DNA of 63,738 bases, the filler included, from Welwitschia mirabilis (taxonomy: Eukaryota), in assembly GCA_051453625.1 (NCBI GenBank). It is 5 parts of one record of this genome, joined end to end, with 100 filler letters (N's around TTAATTAATTAA, not from the genome) between each part and the next. Parts side by side here need not be neighbours in the genome. Positions count along the whole stretch, not along the records: positions 1 to 25,140 come from JBOZIK010000001.1; 4 more parts are not named here. One strand, written 5' to 3'. A program made the translations under genes and the position numbers. Positions 1-13,800 of the stretch are shown in pieces. The number at the start of each line of letters is the position of its first letter. Position 1 is the stretch's first letter. The notes beneath the pieces were generated by a model, which ran no database searches, was not told the DNA's origin, and saw nothing but the letters and a program-made list of their open reading frames with translations.

Positions 1-204
1 TATGTTAGATTAGCATCTTTGATTACAATATTACTACTTTAAATAAGAAGTATTATAATTTTGTTAAAGGCTATCAAATGTAATGAAGATTGCATGATAT
101 TTGACTTATCTCTCCATTATCATTGAAACTCAGCATAAAATTTTTTAATGTTTTGCAAAATACTCCAAATATCATATTAAATACAAATAATTTATAGCAC
201 AACA
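1..204 (-). repeat. 3' LTR (partial) of element A
   Basis: Ends ...AGCACAACA (TGTTG on minus) and aligns by eye with 7026-7210. Followed by CAGGCTCCTACTTAG, a decayed form of the TAGCCCCCCCACTTAG PPT seen in element C. Confidence 0.85.
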
Positions 205-799
205 CAGGCTCCTACTTAGCTTTGTTAGTCCCTAACAAAACTAGATGAACAACTATGATTGTGAGCTAGATTGACTAATAATAAATTAACTAGGGAACTA
301 TGAAATAAGATCAAAAATAATTTTAGAAATTTCACAATGTAGAATAGAAATGTTGGAAATAGATAATTGAACATTTTACTTATGTTGTATAAGTAGCTAT
401 ACTATCATCCTGAGGATCATCCAGATGATGGAGGGGACGATAGGATCAAAAATTATTTTTAAAAAATAGAAGCTTATGAAAAACTTTAGAAAGATAAATA
501 CTAAAATTCATCAATATTAATATCCCCCAATTCAAACATACAATGGATACTAAAAATTAATCATGTATAATGTAAAAAAAATTCCCATTATGAAATGTCA
601 AAAATGATATGTATAAGATGTGTATAATATCTTAATAATAAAAATGTACACCATGATGATATTCAATAAACGATACATNNNNNNNNNNNNNNNNNNNNNN
701 NNNNNNNNNNNNNNNNNNNNNNNNNNNNNNNNNNNNNNNNNNNNNNNTCCATGAAGAGGAAGATACATAATACAACATAACTAAATCACTCCTCTTGTC

Positions 800-2000
800 A
801 AGTCATAATAAACTTCTAATGTGTAGTAGACTCAAGTGCAGGTGGAGAAGAGGAGGGTGCTTAAGATCTACAAGGAAATGATGATCAAGCAATGTTATGA
901 TGAAGCATGCTGTCGCATCTTCCCATACTCTAATTTCCATTGGGAGGTTAACTATCAAACCGTGCTTGATTTGTAATATGCACTAATTCACATTAATTAA
1001 CTACTCCTCAGTGTGTTGCATTCTCCTCTCAATTGTAAAGATCTTCTACTTAAGCATAGCGATGCCTTAGTCTACCATCTATCTAATGATCTATGTCATC
1101 TCTACTAGAAGATCCTAAATCTACTCAATAGTAATGCTAATCATAGGTCTTTATACCTCAGGTCTCTCTATCTTCCTAATATTTGAATGCCCATGCCCTA
1201 TAGGTAACAAGCTTAAGTTTGAATATGTATGAGTCTCTGCTCACTCACATGCTCAAGTATACTAAATCTTCTAAACATGGATAAAAGGATGCAAGATATT
1301 GTAGAGTCTGTAACTATCGTGCCTTGATCATACTACTAAGTCTCCTCCAAAAAAATGTCAAGAGATCTATTTGCTTCTTCTCTCTAAATACTGCTAGCAT
1401 TTGAAGGTGCACACCCATATTATTACCATCATGGAATGAAGGACTGATGAATTAATCCTTAATGAATAATCTAATAGACAAGTGATAATTATATCACTAA
1501 AACTCCCTTCCTATCAGTAGTTAGGTCAACTGGTATGTCTAGTTCTGTACCGTAAGCATGACACTCCTCTGTACCACTAGCTAAATGGATATTTATATTC
1601 TTGATATCACCTATATTAGTAATATTAATAATTTAGCTCAATAGAATCAATATCTTATGGCTATGAATAGTATCAATGATCAAATCAAAAATTTGGCCAC
1701 AAGCATCAAAACGCCTTTCTATATGTAGTCTCTAGTCTCTATGATGTAACATGTATCTTGTGCATCTATAATACATTAGAGATATATATATTAGTTTATA
1801 ATCCATCTATAGCTCTAATTGACTTATGAAATCCCTAAAATATCTCTTCACTCAAATAGAAGATGTCTAAATTAAGAGAGACTAAGCCTCATGAGGTGGA
1901 GGGTGGATTGGCTCTATCTGCTTAAACTCTTATGGTACCAATGGACCCACCTCCTATTTTACTCCTTGGTCTCTACCTCCTCCTATCTCACTTAACATGT
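800..2000 (-). pseudogene. Decayed env-like / ORF2-type accessory ORF of element A
   Basis: Manual minus-strand translation gives ...SLMYYRC...RRFDACGQIFDLIIDTI...LSLVY*IIH*GLIHQSFIP...LAVFREKKQIDLLTFFWRRL..., with the spacing and style of Athila/SIRE env-like ORFs (compare 46700-47755). Many stops and frameshifts. Confidence 0.55.
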
Positions 2001-2899
2001 AAATGATCTAATTAGTTATAAACATGAAATGCATGATGTGAGATCAAGTGAAGATAGCCAAAATGTATCACATGAAAGCTTGAAATGACCCCATAAATTA
2101 GTTTTTAATGTGTAAAAATCATAAAAATATGTCCTTCTCCCCTCTTAAAGAGTACTAATACATCCCACATTACCTAATTATGTGAAGAAGAAACAAAACA
2201 CGAGAAAACTTTAAAATGTGTAAAGTTGGGAAGCCCCACATAAGTTCAAAAATGAGAGTGCTGAAATTAAAAATCTAATTAGGTAGAAGCATAAAGCTCA
2301 TTATACTAATTAATTTTCCCTAAAGAAGTACTATGTTTTGACTTACTTTGAGAAAATAAGTGTTAAAGTAAAAAACCTAATTCTACCTCTTAAAACATAA
2401 AATTCAAAATATTTCATAAAATATGTGGTGAAAATTAGATCCATAAGTAGTAAATTAAAGAACATGAAAAATCAAAAGATATATGTAAAAACTATGTGCT
2501 AAAAGACTCAAAAATAGAAGAAAAATTTGAAAATAATAAGGGAGAGAAAAACATGCCTCATTTTAAAAAATTCATTCAAAATTCATAATCTAAAGCACTA
2601 ATCTAATAAGGAAAAGTTCCAAAACATGAGTATGGACTAGAGTGACTATCTTCGCTAAAAAAATGAATGAAAATGATAGAGAAATGAAGAAAAATAAGAG
2701 AAAAAAATGCATTCATGCTTTTATCACATTGTCATCGTGTCCTGTCATTTGGATGACAACCTTAGGACGACTCTCAAAAAAATCTAATCTATCATCTGCC
2801 ATGTTAGTTGGACAACCTAGGGAATAATATCACTTTAAAAAAGTTTAGTAAAATGAAAATATTAACCAAATAAATTAGGTTCATAAAGCATTAACCATC

Positions 2900-5150
2900 T
2901 CTCTTCAAGTGGATGATGCTGTAAAAATAGTGTTTGCTTAATTTCTTCTTTAATATTTAGCTTATCATCTAAGTCTCTTTCAACAACATCAACAACTCTT
3001 ATGGTAAAATTTTCATTTTGTAAGTGACATTCCATCATTTCAGTTCTTATATTAATAATATATTAGGATGTTGCACAAAATTATTTACTTAAAATTAGTG
3101 GATAACCTTCATTATGCTCAAATTTAATCACAATCACATCTATTAGATAGAATGCCTCTTTTTAATTTAAGTTACCAAATCTTCTATTATTCCTAAGGAT
3201 ATCTTTATGGATGTATCCATCAATTCTAAAATAATCCATGTAGGCTCAAATCTACTATCCAAACCAAATTATTGACAAAGGTGCAAAGGCATAATGTTAA
3301 CACTTGCTCTTATATTGATGCAGGCTTTCTTTATTCTTTTAATTTCTTCTAATGTGATACTAACTATTGCTATCCTTGGATCCTTAAATTTTGAACATTT
3401 TTGTGAAACTAAATTGGTTATAGATTAGACCACGAAGACTTTACTCAATATGGTTCATTTTTATTTCCTCCTAATTAGATATTTTTACAACTTAGAATAT
3501 TTAGAATTTTCTTGCAAGAGTTTCCACAATGGTAAATTTATCCTTCCATTTTGCATTAGGGCTTTAAGATAATCATCAAAGGTAGGATTAATATTTAATC
3601 TATTAAGCCAAGAAATAGTAGGTTTCTTACCTTTATTTTAAGAAGAATTTTTTTTATTAAGCTTATCACTAAAGAAGAAGGAAAAGTATGATTTTTTAAA
3701 ATTTTAATATCCTTTTCTTCTTCATCATTCTTATCATTTTGGAAAGTTTAATCCTTATGAATAGAAGTTATTATTTCATTTACACTGCTAATCACAACCT
3801 TACAATCTTTTCTTACTTTATTAGGATTTGGTAAATGTTCTATTGCAAGTGATCCATGTGGTCTTTGATTTGCAAGCATAGTTTGTTGAAGAACATTAAA
3901 AAGATTCTCAATGTTTGAATTTGTATTCCCTTGATATTTTTCTAATTCATCAATATAATTTGTAAGTGAATTATTTTGATTTTGAGAATTTGATATGCTT
4001 ACTTGACAATTTGAGTTATTGATTGGAAGTTTGAGTTGTTTGTTTAAAATTTAGTATTCTCAAATATATTTTTAAATAGTTAAAAATTTGGATGATTTAC
4101 TTGAAAGTTCTTAAATCTATTCTCAAGAGATTTAAAATTAGGTTTTTCATTCATTCTTAGTTGAAATTGGTTCTGATTTTGGTTTTGGTTTTTAGTTCTA
4201 ATATTTGAAGACTTTTGGTTGAATGCATACATCTGTTCATAAATATTTTATTTGTAAGTTAGCAATAATGGACATTCTTTAGTTACATGATATTTGTCTT
4301 CACACAAATCACAAGTTAAAACCACATTCTTTTCAATTACCACTTATACATATAAAATCATTTGAGTTTATTATTTTAATGTTGTTATGAAATCCTTAAT
4401 GAAATTTATTAGTTCTTCTTCTATTTTTACTTCCTCCTTTTCTTATTTCAGTTCATTAAGATCTTTTATGATTTGGCCTATAGTACGATTTTATTTATTA
4501 GGCCATGTTTGACTTACTTCTACTAGTTCTTCTAATAATCTCCATGTGTTTTTTAATTGAGATTTATTAAATTTATACCACATGAGAAATGTATAAGTTG
4601 GTTTGTTTGGCTATTACATTTACTATAAAAATAATCTACTAATTCTTATTAAGTAAATGCATCTATAGGATTAAAATGTATTACAATAAAAATTATTCAT
4701 AAGTGGAGACATAATCTACATTATATTGTTGTTGAAAATTTATTATTTCTTTGTTTCTTTTTCTTATTGTTGTTTCACTCATAAATCTCTTTATAAAGGC
4801 TTCTTGAACTTAGTTCCATGTTTTTAAGCTTTTACATGAAATAGTTCTTAACCATAATTTTGCTCTTTCTTTTAAGGTGATGGGAAAGATAATCATGTAA
4901 ATATGATCACTAATTCATTTTTTACTATTTCTAAAACTAAGCACTAATTGTTCAATGTTAGCTATATGTTGGATCTTCATCATTTTCACCATTAAAAATA
5001 GAATAAGCATTTAGATTTCTTAACTAAACATCATTGCCAGGAGGTAGGTTAAAAGGATTTTGGATTTTACACTTTTTATTTGTAATTAGTTATTTAAGAG
5101 TGACATTAGCATTTGAATTTCTAGGGATAGTAGAGGTTTCAATCATGATA
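2900..5150 (-). pseudogene. gag: Decayed gag (retrotrans_gag) + aspartic protease of element A
   Basis: Minus-strand YMIIFPITLKERAKLW (gag LFPFSLxxxAxxW motif, ~4855-4900), KDP at ~3380, and ACINIRASVNIMPL (ALCDLGASVNLMP protease motif, ~3280-3325). Confidence 0.8.
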
Positions 5151-5988
5151 AGGGGGATTAGGTGAAGCAACTTATTTCTGTTTTTGCATAGAATTTAATA
5201 TTATAATAAAATNNNNNNNNNNNNNNNNNNNNNNNNNNNNNNNNNNNNNNNNNNNNNNNNNNNNNNNNNNNNNNNNNNNNNNNNNNNNNNNNNNNNNNNN
5301 NNNNNNNNNNNNTGTTTTTGCATAGAATTTAATATTGTAATAAAATGATTTTCTTCTAAACTTTTTTTTTAAAATTTTCTTTAAAAAATAGATTCAGAAA
5401 TGATAAATGTAGAAAAATATTCTTGCTCAATGCTTGGAATATTTTACATACCTGAGGCGTGTGTACCTAGGCTTAATTTGTAGTTGATCAAATCTTCTCG
5501 AGATGTTTTCTACAATTAATAGCTACTTTCTTTGATATTTTGTATTTTTACCTAAGTTTACCATGTTCTAGCATGCTTAGTTCTAGTTTTATAAACATCG
5601 TCTCTGTGATCATTCAAATGATGTACTTGAATGACAAAAGATACAAAAAAACCAAAAACAAAAAACACAGAAAAACAAAATTGTGAAATAACATGGAATG
5701 AAAACTAACATCATCCACTAAGTCATCTAGATGATAGAGGAAATGATAAGAAAAATCCTAGTTCTTATGAAAATAAAAAACCCTGAGTTTCATAGGCCAT
5801 CATCACCACATGTCGTCTAAACAACAAGGGGGATGATAGGGCATTATTTTTAGAATGCAAAGTGAAAAATGTGGAAAGGAAAACCTATGTTTTTACTATA
5901 AAGATACAACACTACTATAGACAAATACCTAAATTGAAATCCAAAGTACTTATTTAAGCAAAAGTAATCCTCAAACTCTAAGAAGCCT

Positions 5989-6006
5989 TCCCTGGGAATG
6001 GTGCCA
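5989..6006 (-). promoter_or_regulatory. Primer binding site, tRNA-Asp type (Athila lineage)
   Basis: Minus strand TGGCACCATTCCCAGGGA matches TGGCGCCGTTGCCGGGGA (complement of the plant tRNA-Asp 3' end) at 14/18, 3 nt inside the LTR end. Confidence 0.8.
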
Positions 6007-6009
6007 AGA

Positions 6010-7210
6010 TGTTGTAGTGCATATTTGTGCAAATAGTACATCCTCAAACAAAACCCAAAAATCATATATATACATATACACACTAATATAGATGGGAGTG
6101 GCCCAAATTTCATAATTCCATCAAAGGCATAGTTGAGAATAAAGAGAATTAATTTCACAATGAAATATTTATGTAATATCTAAGTAGAACAATAATAATG
6201 CAAAATAACAATGCAAATAAACACACGATGCAAATGAGATGTAAGTTCTATTCTAGATGGAACATTTGTTTAATTACCAAATGAACCTATCATGGAGATT
6301 AACCACATATAACCTCAATCAATTAAGAAAAGTCATCATTAGACCAAAACCAACCTAAGCTATCAAGTGCGTTGAATAAAATATGAAAATAATGCAAAGT
6401 TAATCTAGGAAATGGAATGTAATACATCTAAACTAATGATGTCAATCTTAATAAAGTTTATCCTCATGATCTATATCATAGATAAAGCTATCACGGAACT
6501 ATAAGCAACATAAACCATAAGGGAGATGCAAATAAAAAATAATATGAAAAGAAAAAAAGAGTTTTTAATTAAGTAGAATCAACAACCATGTTACAAAGTA
6601 GTAGCACCTCAATGAATAATACAGAATTCAACACTAAGGAAGACATCACTCTGTAATAATAAGGGATGGATCTCCTACCCACTGATCTCTTGTCATAAGA
6701 ACTTTTAATGATAAAGAAGATAAAGCTAAAGTCAAGGGTAAAGGAGGTATTTATTAAAATAATAAAATCTAAAAACATCAAACAGTAACAAATGCGGTGA
6801 AACTCTAATAGTCATGTAAAAAGGTACAAGACACATGGCAAAATTTTGGTGAAGTTTGGTAAAGCATTCTTTTTAGATGTCATCTTACTAATCATCTAGT
6901 AATCATTGGAGATGATGCCACATCATACAAACTCCACATTAGCTGTTAGATTAGTCTAGTACTTTTGTCATCTGTACAGTCATCTAGATGATGAGATGAA
7001 TGATGAGCTTTATAAAGATGTTTCTTATGTCAGATTAGCCTCTTTGATTATAGGATTGTTGCTTTAGATAGGAAGTATTATAATTTGCTTTAAATGTTAT
7101 AAAATATAATGAAGATTGCCATTATCATTGAAACTCAGAATAAACTATCTAATGTTATATAAAACTACTCAAAATACCTTGTTAAACACATATAATTTAG
7201 TAGCATAATA
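6010..7210 (-). repeat. 5' LTR of element A (~1.2 kb)
   Basis: TGTTGTAGTG...TAGCATAATA termini. Homologous along its length to LTRs at 23215-24466 and 33943-35207. Confidence 0.85.
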
Positions 7211-10020
7211 GTGATAGATAGCTAATCTTTAGAGGAGTCTTTTAGAGATTAGACACATAGGTATATCTATGAGAGGAGCAATAGGCTTCAAATTCTTTAT
7301 AGCAAGGGCAAGCTTAGTTGGAGATAAAGTCTAAGACCTTAAATGCACTACCTCTTATCTTTTATCATTTACATCTCAAGCTCCCTATCTGCCATCCTAC
7401 AAATCCACCTTCACCTCATTCCATAGTTTAATCACCACCACCACGTATACCTTCTCCACCTCCATTATGTCCACCATCACCATAGCCATTTCATGTTGAA
7501 TCCTTTTAGCTAGAACCACTTTCCTCTATGTAGTTATCTTCATCCTTTGCAAGGACAAATACATTGGTTTCTTTAGGATGTCTATCACTCTTTAAATCTA
7601 CTAATGTATAAGGAGACCGACCTTTTAGGGCTCTAGTAAGACATCTTGTTGTTCCTTTAGGAATAGGAATACTTAACCTTTTACTTCCTTACCATCCTAT
7701 ATCCAACCAGCCTCCATCACTCATGATAGTGATGACAGTGATGAAGATGGCTAGGGCATGTACTACATAAGTGATTTAACTCTTAGTGATTCGAGTCTTT
7801 TATGATATCTAGAAAGGAGAAGGATTATTACTAAATCATTGGTAGATCAGTGACTTTTAATTGGGCACTATAGTTTTAGTTTGAGAACACTCTGTTGGGC
7901 TTGGATTTCTTAATCATAAGATATTAGATGGGATTCATAAGTATTAGCATGATCATTGATGATTCCTCTTGATGTTTTAGCATACATTATTGTTTCATGA
8001 CATTTTTCTACTAGTACTAGTTGTTAGCACATATTTTTATGTTTGGCAACTTTTTGTTTTCAATATTATGCTTTTGTTGGCACACTCTTATTTTCATTAT
8101 ACTCTAATCCTTATTGATGAAAATTCTTTTATATGTTATTAGCACATTTTTCTATATTATTATGCTCTGATGTTTATTGATTATCATTTCCATGAGTACA
8201 TTCTTTATGATGGCTTATTGGCACAAAATTTAATTTCATGCTCTAATATTTTTGGCACTTTAGTAATTAGAATATTTATGCTTTCCATTTTACATGCTTA
8301 TTTGAATGGCAAATATCATGATTTATCAATTACTTTTGTGTCTTTAGTTAATTGGTCAAATGACTCTCTAACATGTCTTAATCTATTTTTCAAGTGGTAT
8401 GTATCTATGCGTCTTCATCTAATTTCAAGTAATTAATATTCTTATTTTATAATATTCTTGCAAACATTAATTATAGGTATTTCTCTAGAATATAAATGTC
8501 TAATTACAATTGATTAAATAAGATTGTACTAATAAGATTTACCAAGTTTTGGACATCATCAAAAAGGGAAAGATTATTGGTAAATCTAGTTTTGATGATT
8601 TTACTTATCAAATATTTTATGTCAATGTGTAAACAAGTCAATGCCAAGAGCATCAAATGTTGATAGGCCTTAGACCATGATGGATCTTCAAAGACATCAC
8701 CTCATGAAAAGGATTAATTAACAAAATACAAAATCAATTGTCTGAAGACATCTTGAGCAAATACATCTAGAAAATTAAAGACATCTTAGATGTACTAGAG
8801 TTTAAGTCATAGGCTATATTGAAAATAATACAAACAAAGATGCTTACATATTTAAAGGCATCTATACTAAGCTAGAATAGGTAATAGAGTTAATTTATTT
8901 TTTGACTAATATCGTATGTTTTAGATGAGCTATGAACTGTACATCATTGATTCATGATTATAGAGGTCCAAGGATACTACAGAGCAAAATTTGTTAAAAT
9001 TTGGATAAGTTGACTAAATATGTCTATAATGTAAAGACATCTAATTGTTAATAGATGTTTACAAAAGTGAAGATGTCTTAGATCAAAGCTCACATCAATA
9101 AAAATTAAAGTTGCATTTCCAATACCTAAACATTGCCTATCCATTATGTGATGGTTACAAAGTTAAATGGCTATCTTTTAAGCTCAAACAGATAAATCTT
9201 CATCAATCATATAAATTCTTGACATCATAATACAAAGAAAAACTTTTTGTGACTTTAATGAATACATTATTAAAGAACATTTGACATGTTATTGATTAAA
9301 TAAAATATAGAATGATGAATGCATGAGTGAAAAAAACCTATCATGAAGAATTAAAGGTATCATTTGCAAGGAGCTTGTATTTCTTTCATCATTTGGTTTT
9401 GGATCTTTATTTTTGTTATTTTCATTCATACTTGTGATGATAACAACAACATCAAGGAGCTCAAATATTCATTAAAGCCAAATCTTTAGTCTTGTTATTG
9501 TGTTATACTTTGGGTTTTACATCGTGGACTATCTTATTATTAAATATTGTTATAAGTCCATTTTTTAATATAAAATACTTTGTAAGGTAACCCTTATAGG
9601 GATGTGTATTTGAGATTGTGCTTATAAGCACTTGCTTAATATAAGGTTATTGCTAAGCCAAAAAATAATTATTTCTTTACAAGAAAGAAAGTGTTTTTTT
9701 GTGAGAAGACTCTCACTTCTGTAAATGTTCATTATATGCCTATGAAAATCCCTATTCCCTTGCAGGGAAGAGAGTTCTACCTCGTGAGAAGAATCTCATT
9801 TGTTTTAAAGTTAGTAGTGCACTAAAAAATAACTATTTTCTTGCAATTCAAGAATATCTAAAGGTGTGAGTAAAAGCTTCCTTCTATTTATGAACGTACT
9901 CAAGTTAGAGAACCATATTATCTTGGTAAGGTATTTTATTGTGCATTTTTATTCTATTATTGATTTAAATTTTATTTCGTGGAACTCATTTACTCCTCTC
10001 CTCAAAGTTCATTGTCAATA
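7211..10020 (+). mobile_element. 3' part of an old Sirevirus-like copia (env-like tail, PPT, 3' LTR ~8575-10020)
   Basis: CATCATCAAAAAGGGAAAGAT|TATTGG...TTTTGATGAT junction (8554-8600) matches the Sirevirus PPT/LTR start also seen at 48285-48335 and 60878-60930. The LTR end TCATTTACTCCTCTC...CAATA resembles CTATTCACCCCC...CA. Confidence 0.65.
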
Positions 10021-10876
10021 GTCAATAAGTATCTATTGCACCATTTTCACATAAAAATAAGCCTGCACATCTAGCGAAATCAATACTCCCCATCATAGGA
10101 TTATTTATTAGAATTACTTTATTTAGTTCATTATGTCATTTGGTACTTATGTTGAAATTTATTTGAATGAAGTTTTTCCCCTTTTTAACCCTTTTTATCT
10201 TCTTTCTCTATTCTTTCCTCTTTTTAATGATAAATAAGGGTTTATCACACCATCCTAATCAAAGCCCTAAAAATATGTGTAATTAATTATTCATCAAAAA
10301 ACTATTAAATCATAAGAATTACGTTCAACTCTTAGGGAAGTACTAAGATTAAGAAAGAGAACTATTACATACTTAGTAAATAAGGTATTGATTAAGTGTT
10401 ACTACGTACTCATATTAAATACATTATTTATTAGAATCACTCTCTAGTTATTATTTTAATAATCTATTTTAATAATAATAAATTCAGATAAATATATTTT
10501 TTAATCATTATGCATTAACTCATTATTAAACATAACATAAGAATTAAAGACACATTAGGATTACAAGTAAGACTTTTAACTACTACTTTTTATTAATCCT
10601 TATAACATAAGAAGTATAACTATTATGTAGGAACATACATATTCTCATAGTTAAGGAAGAAAGAAAATCAACATGTTAACTATATTATCATTATTATATA
10701 ACAGCATTACTATGGACTTCCCATGGAGAATTCTAGCTTCAATACATAGGAACTAGTACTTGCCAAATCACAATCCAAGATTAGCTTACCTTAGGTTTAA
10801 TGAATGAATATAAATACAATAATATATTATCAACAAATAGAAAAGATTAATCTAACAAATAAACATATAATAAAAG
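10014..10876. repeat. Copy 1 of an ~860-bp repeat, inverted relative to 36199-36661 + 42556-43120
   Basis: The reverse complement aligns block by block, e.g. AATAAGCCTGCACAT 10056 vs ATGTGCAGGCTTATT 43064, AGCTTACCTTAGGTTT 10783 vs AAACCTAAGGTAAGCT 36277, and TTATAACATAAGAAGTATAA 10600 vs TTATACTTCTTATGTTATAA 36455. Confidence 0.85.
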
Positions 10877-13800
10877 TAAATAATGATATCCATTTTAGAT
10901 CTGTAAGATCCATGAACTAAGAAACGTTTTGCATAATTTTATAACAATAAGTAATGTCATAAAACTTAATAGTAAAAATCCCACCACATATCATCATCTC
11001 TATTGATTATGCTTTATATGTCATGCGGAATCCTATGCTTATTCCCACAATCATAGATCTTAATGATGGACATAGACATTTATGCTATTATCATAATGAT
11101 AATCTTATTCAAAATTTTCATTAAATGAATATGAATATAAATCCTTACATTGGAAATATTATGTGTACAATGTAGGAGCCAATTATAACTGATTCCAACA
11201 TCAAGGCCAATGATTCCATAACCTTTCTATGATATTCTAACTATGCATATTATAAGCCTCTTTTATATATTTTTTAATAATTATGAGTTTAAAAGACAAA
11301 ATAATATTCCAAGATAATTAAAAAGAATTTAATAAGAGGAACAAAATCGCATAAACGTTTTTGGTAATGAATAATTAGATGTGAAGGCAATGCATTAACA
11401 TTAGAAAAGAGTTTGTTAACCTCAAAAAAATGCTTAGAGTAAGTTGAAATACAATGATTCTAAAGATTTATTAAAAGCATATTTGAGTAATACAAGGGTT
11501 TTGAATCAGAATTTATTTATATGAAAGTCCATTCCTAAAATTTTTATAAAAAGAAGCTATATAGCAAATTGTGCTCTATTGTACCAATAATATATGACTT
11601 TATACATCATGTTTCCATTAATGTCTTCATTCGTCCATTTATATGTCTACTCAATATCAAACAACTATAGTTGAAGACTTTAAGAAAATAACATTGTAAT
11701 ATGATTTTCTTAACTTAAAGTAATATAGAATTATGAATACTAATCATAATAGCCTTATATTAATGACCAATGTTATAAATAATGTAAGAAATATTATGTG
11801 TTGTAATCTAATAATGTTACATTTTTACTTTTTTTTCTCTTTAAAAAGATAGTAAGATGATAGGTGGTATCTATATATATCACCTCGCACTAAATAAATT
11901 AGAATATATGATAAAATTAATAAGTTTTTTATGATTTTTTTTTAAAATACATACTCTAATACAACCTAAACATTTATGTTTTTAATGAAAAAAATTCTCG
12001 AACATTTATGTTACTTACTCAAAAAAACAAAAGATGATAAAAAGATAGCCATATTTTTTAGTTTGACACTAATAATTATTAAGAGACAAAATTAGCAATC
12101 CATAAATAAAATCAAATATTCCTACTCCTTAAAATATATTATCATTATATAAATTAACATAGTAGGCAAAAAAACTGCTTCAAACACCTCTATAAATACT
12201 TCTTTAAGCCTAATGCTTCATCTTGATCATTGGTGCTATGTTTGAACTAGAGTGATAATGGCTAATCCCTTTGAATTATGATAAAATTAGTTAATACTAA
12301 TTTAGTAGCAATTGAGTCTTAAATTCTCATTAACTAGTTGTCTAATGAAATCACTCATTAAAGTTACAATTTAAAGCCATTGGATATTGATTCAACTATC
12401 ATGCTCTACTTGTCAAGCATAACCAATAATTTTCTAGAACTGTTAAGAAGGCTCTAGTAGCTTTCTTTATGAGCTTCCTTCAAAACCAATTATTCTCTTA
12501 TAACTTTGTAAGATTACTAGTTTACTTTAAGCCTTTTCTATATTTGACTTTACTATATATGTCACTTGAAATTCTGTCTCAATTTTGCCCAGTCCTTTTA
12601 GAAATGTAANNNNNNNNNNNNNNNNNNNNNNNNNNNNNNNNNNNNNNNNNNNNNNNNNNNNNNNNNNNNNNNNNNNNNNNNNNNNNNNNNNNNNNNNNNN
12701 NNNNNNNNNNNNNNNNNNNNNNNNNNNNNNNNNNNNNNNNNNNNNNNNNNNNNNNNNNNNNNNNNNNNNNNNNNNNNNNNNNNNNNNNNNNNNNNNNNNN
12801 NNNNNNNNNNNNNNNNNNNNNNNNNNNNNNNNNNNNNNNNNNNNNNNNNNNNNNNNNNNNNNNNNNNNNNNNNNNNNNNNNNNNNNNNNNNNNNNNNNNN
12901 NNNNNNNNNNNNNNNNNNNNNNNNNNNNNNNNNNNNNNNNNNNNNNNNNNNNNNNNNNNNNNNNNNNNNNNNNNNNNNNNNNNNNNNNNNNNNNNNNNNN
13001 NNNNNNNNNNNNNNNNNNNNNNNNNNNNNNNNNNNNNNNNNNNNNNNNNNNNNNNNNNNNNNNNNNNNNNNNNNNNNNNNNNNNNNNNNNNNNNNNNNNN
13101 NNNNNNNNNNNNNNNNNNNNNNNNNNNNNNNNNNNNNNNNNNNNNNNNNNNNNNNNNNNNNNNNNNNNNNNNNNNNNNNNNNNNNNNNNNNNNNNNNNNN
13201 NNNNNNNNNNNNNNNNNNNNNNNNNNNNNNNNNNNNNNNNNNNNNNNNNNNNNNNNNNNNNNNNNNNNNNNNNNNNNNNNNNNNNNNNNNNNNNNNNNNN
13301 NNNNNNNNNNNNNNNNNNNNNNNNNNNNNNNNNNNNNNNNNNNNNNNNNNNNNNNNNNNNNNNNNNNNNNNNNNNNNNNNNNNNNNNNNNNNNNNNNNNN
13401 NNNNNNNNNNNNNNNNNNNNNNNNNNNNNNNNNNNNNNNNNNNNNNNNNNNNNNNNNNNNNNNNNNNNNNNNNNNNNNNNNNNNNNNNNNNNNNNNNNNN
13501 NNNNNNNNNNNNNNNNNNNNNNNNNNNNNNNNNNNNNNNNNNNNNNNNNNNNNNNNGGTTTTAATAAAATATTCCAAGATTTATCTTTATTATTAATAAC
13601 ATTAATAATCCCTTGTTAAACATTTTTCATGTCATCAAAATTCTCTTTCATGATAGATGGCAATAGAAAGTATAAAAAATGATACAAAATGTATCATGCA
13701 TACACATAATGGAATGAGATATGAAATACAGTCTTCATTTCCTCATATCCATAATGGCAACTACTATCAATAACATCTATAAAATGTGCTAGGAAAATTC

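Larger units (their letters stand above)
1..7210 (-). mobile_element. Athila-like Ty3/gypsy LTR retrotransposon, element A, non-autonomous; 3' LTR runs off the window start
   Basis: 1-204 matches 7026-7210 (LTR pair). tRNA-Asp-type PBS at 5989-6006 and degenerate PPT at ~205-220. Decayed gag, aspartic protease and env-like frames on the minus strand. No RT/RH/INT motifs seen. Confidence 0.85.

Noticed and set aside
5177..5347. Short direct repeats on both sides of N gaps (also 60222-60514 and 62827-63046)
   Set aside because: Typical unmerged contig overlaps or paralog/haplotype ends; they cannot be called real duplications without reads.
12579..13619. Long ORFs of 332-344 aa (also 57808-58485, 59240-59885)
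   Set aside because: Made almost entirely of N-derived X residues.
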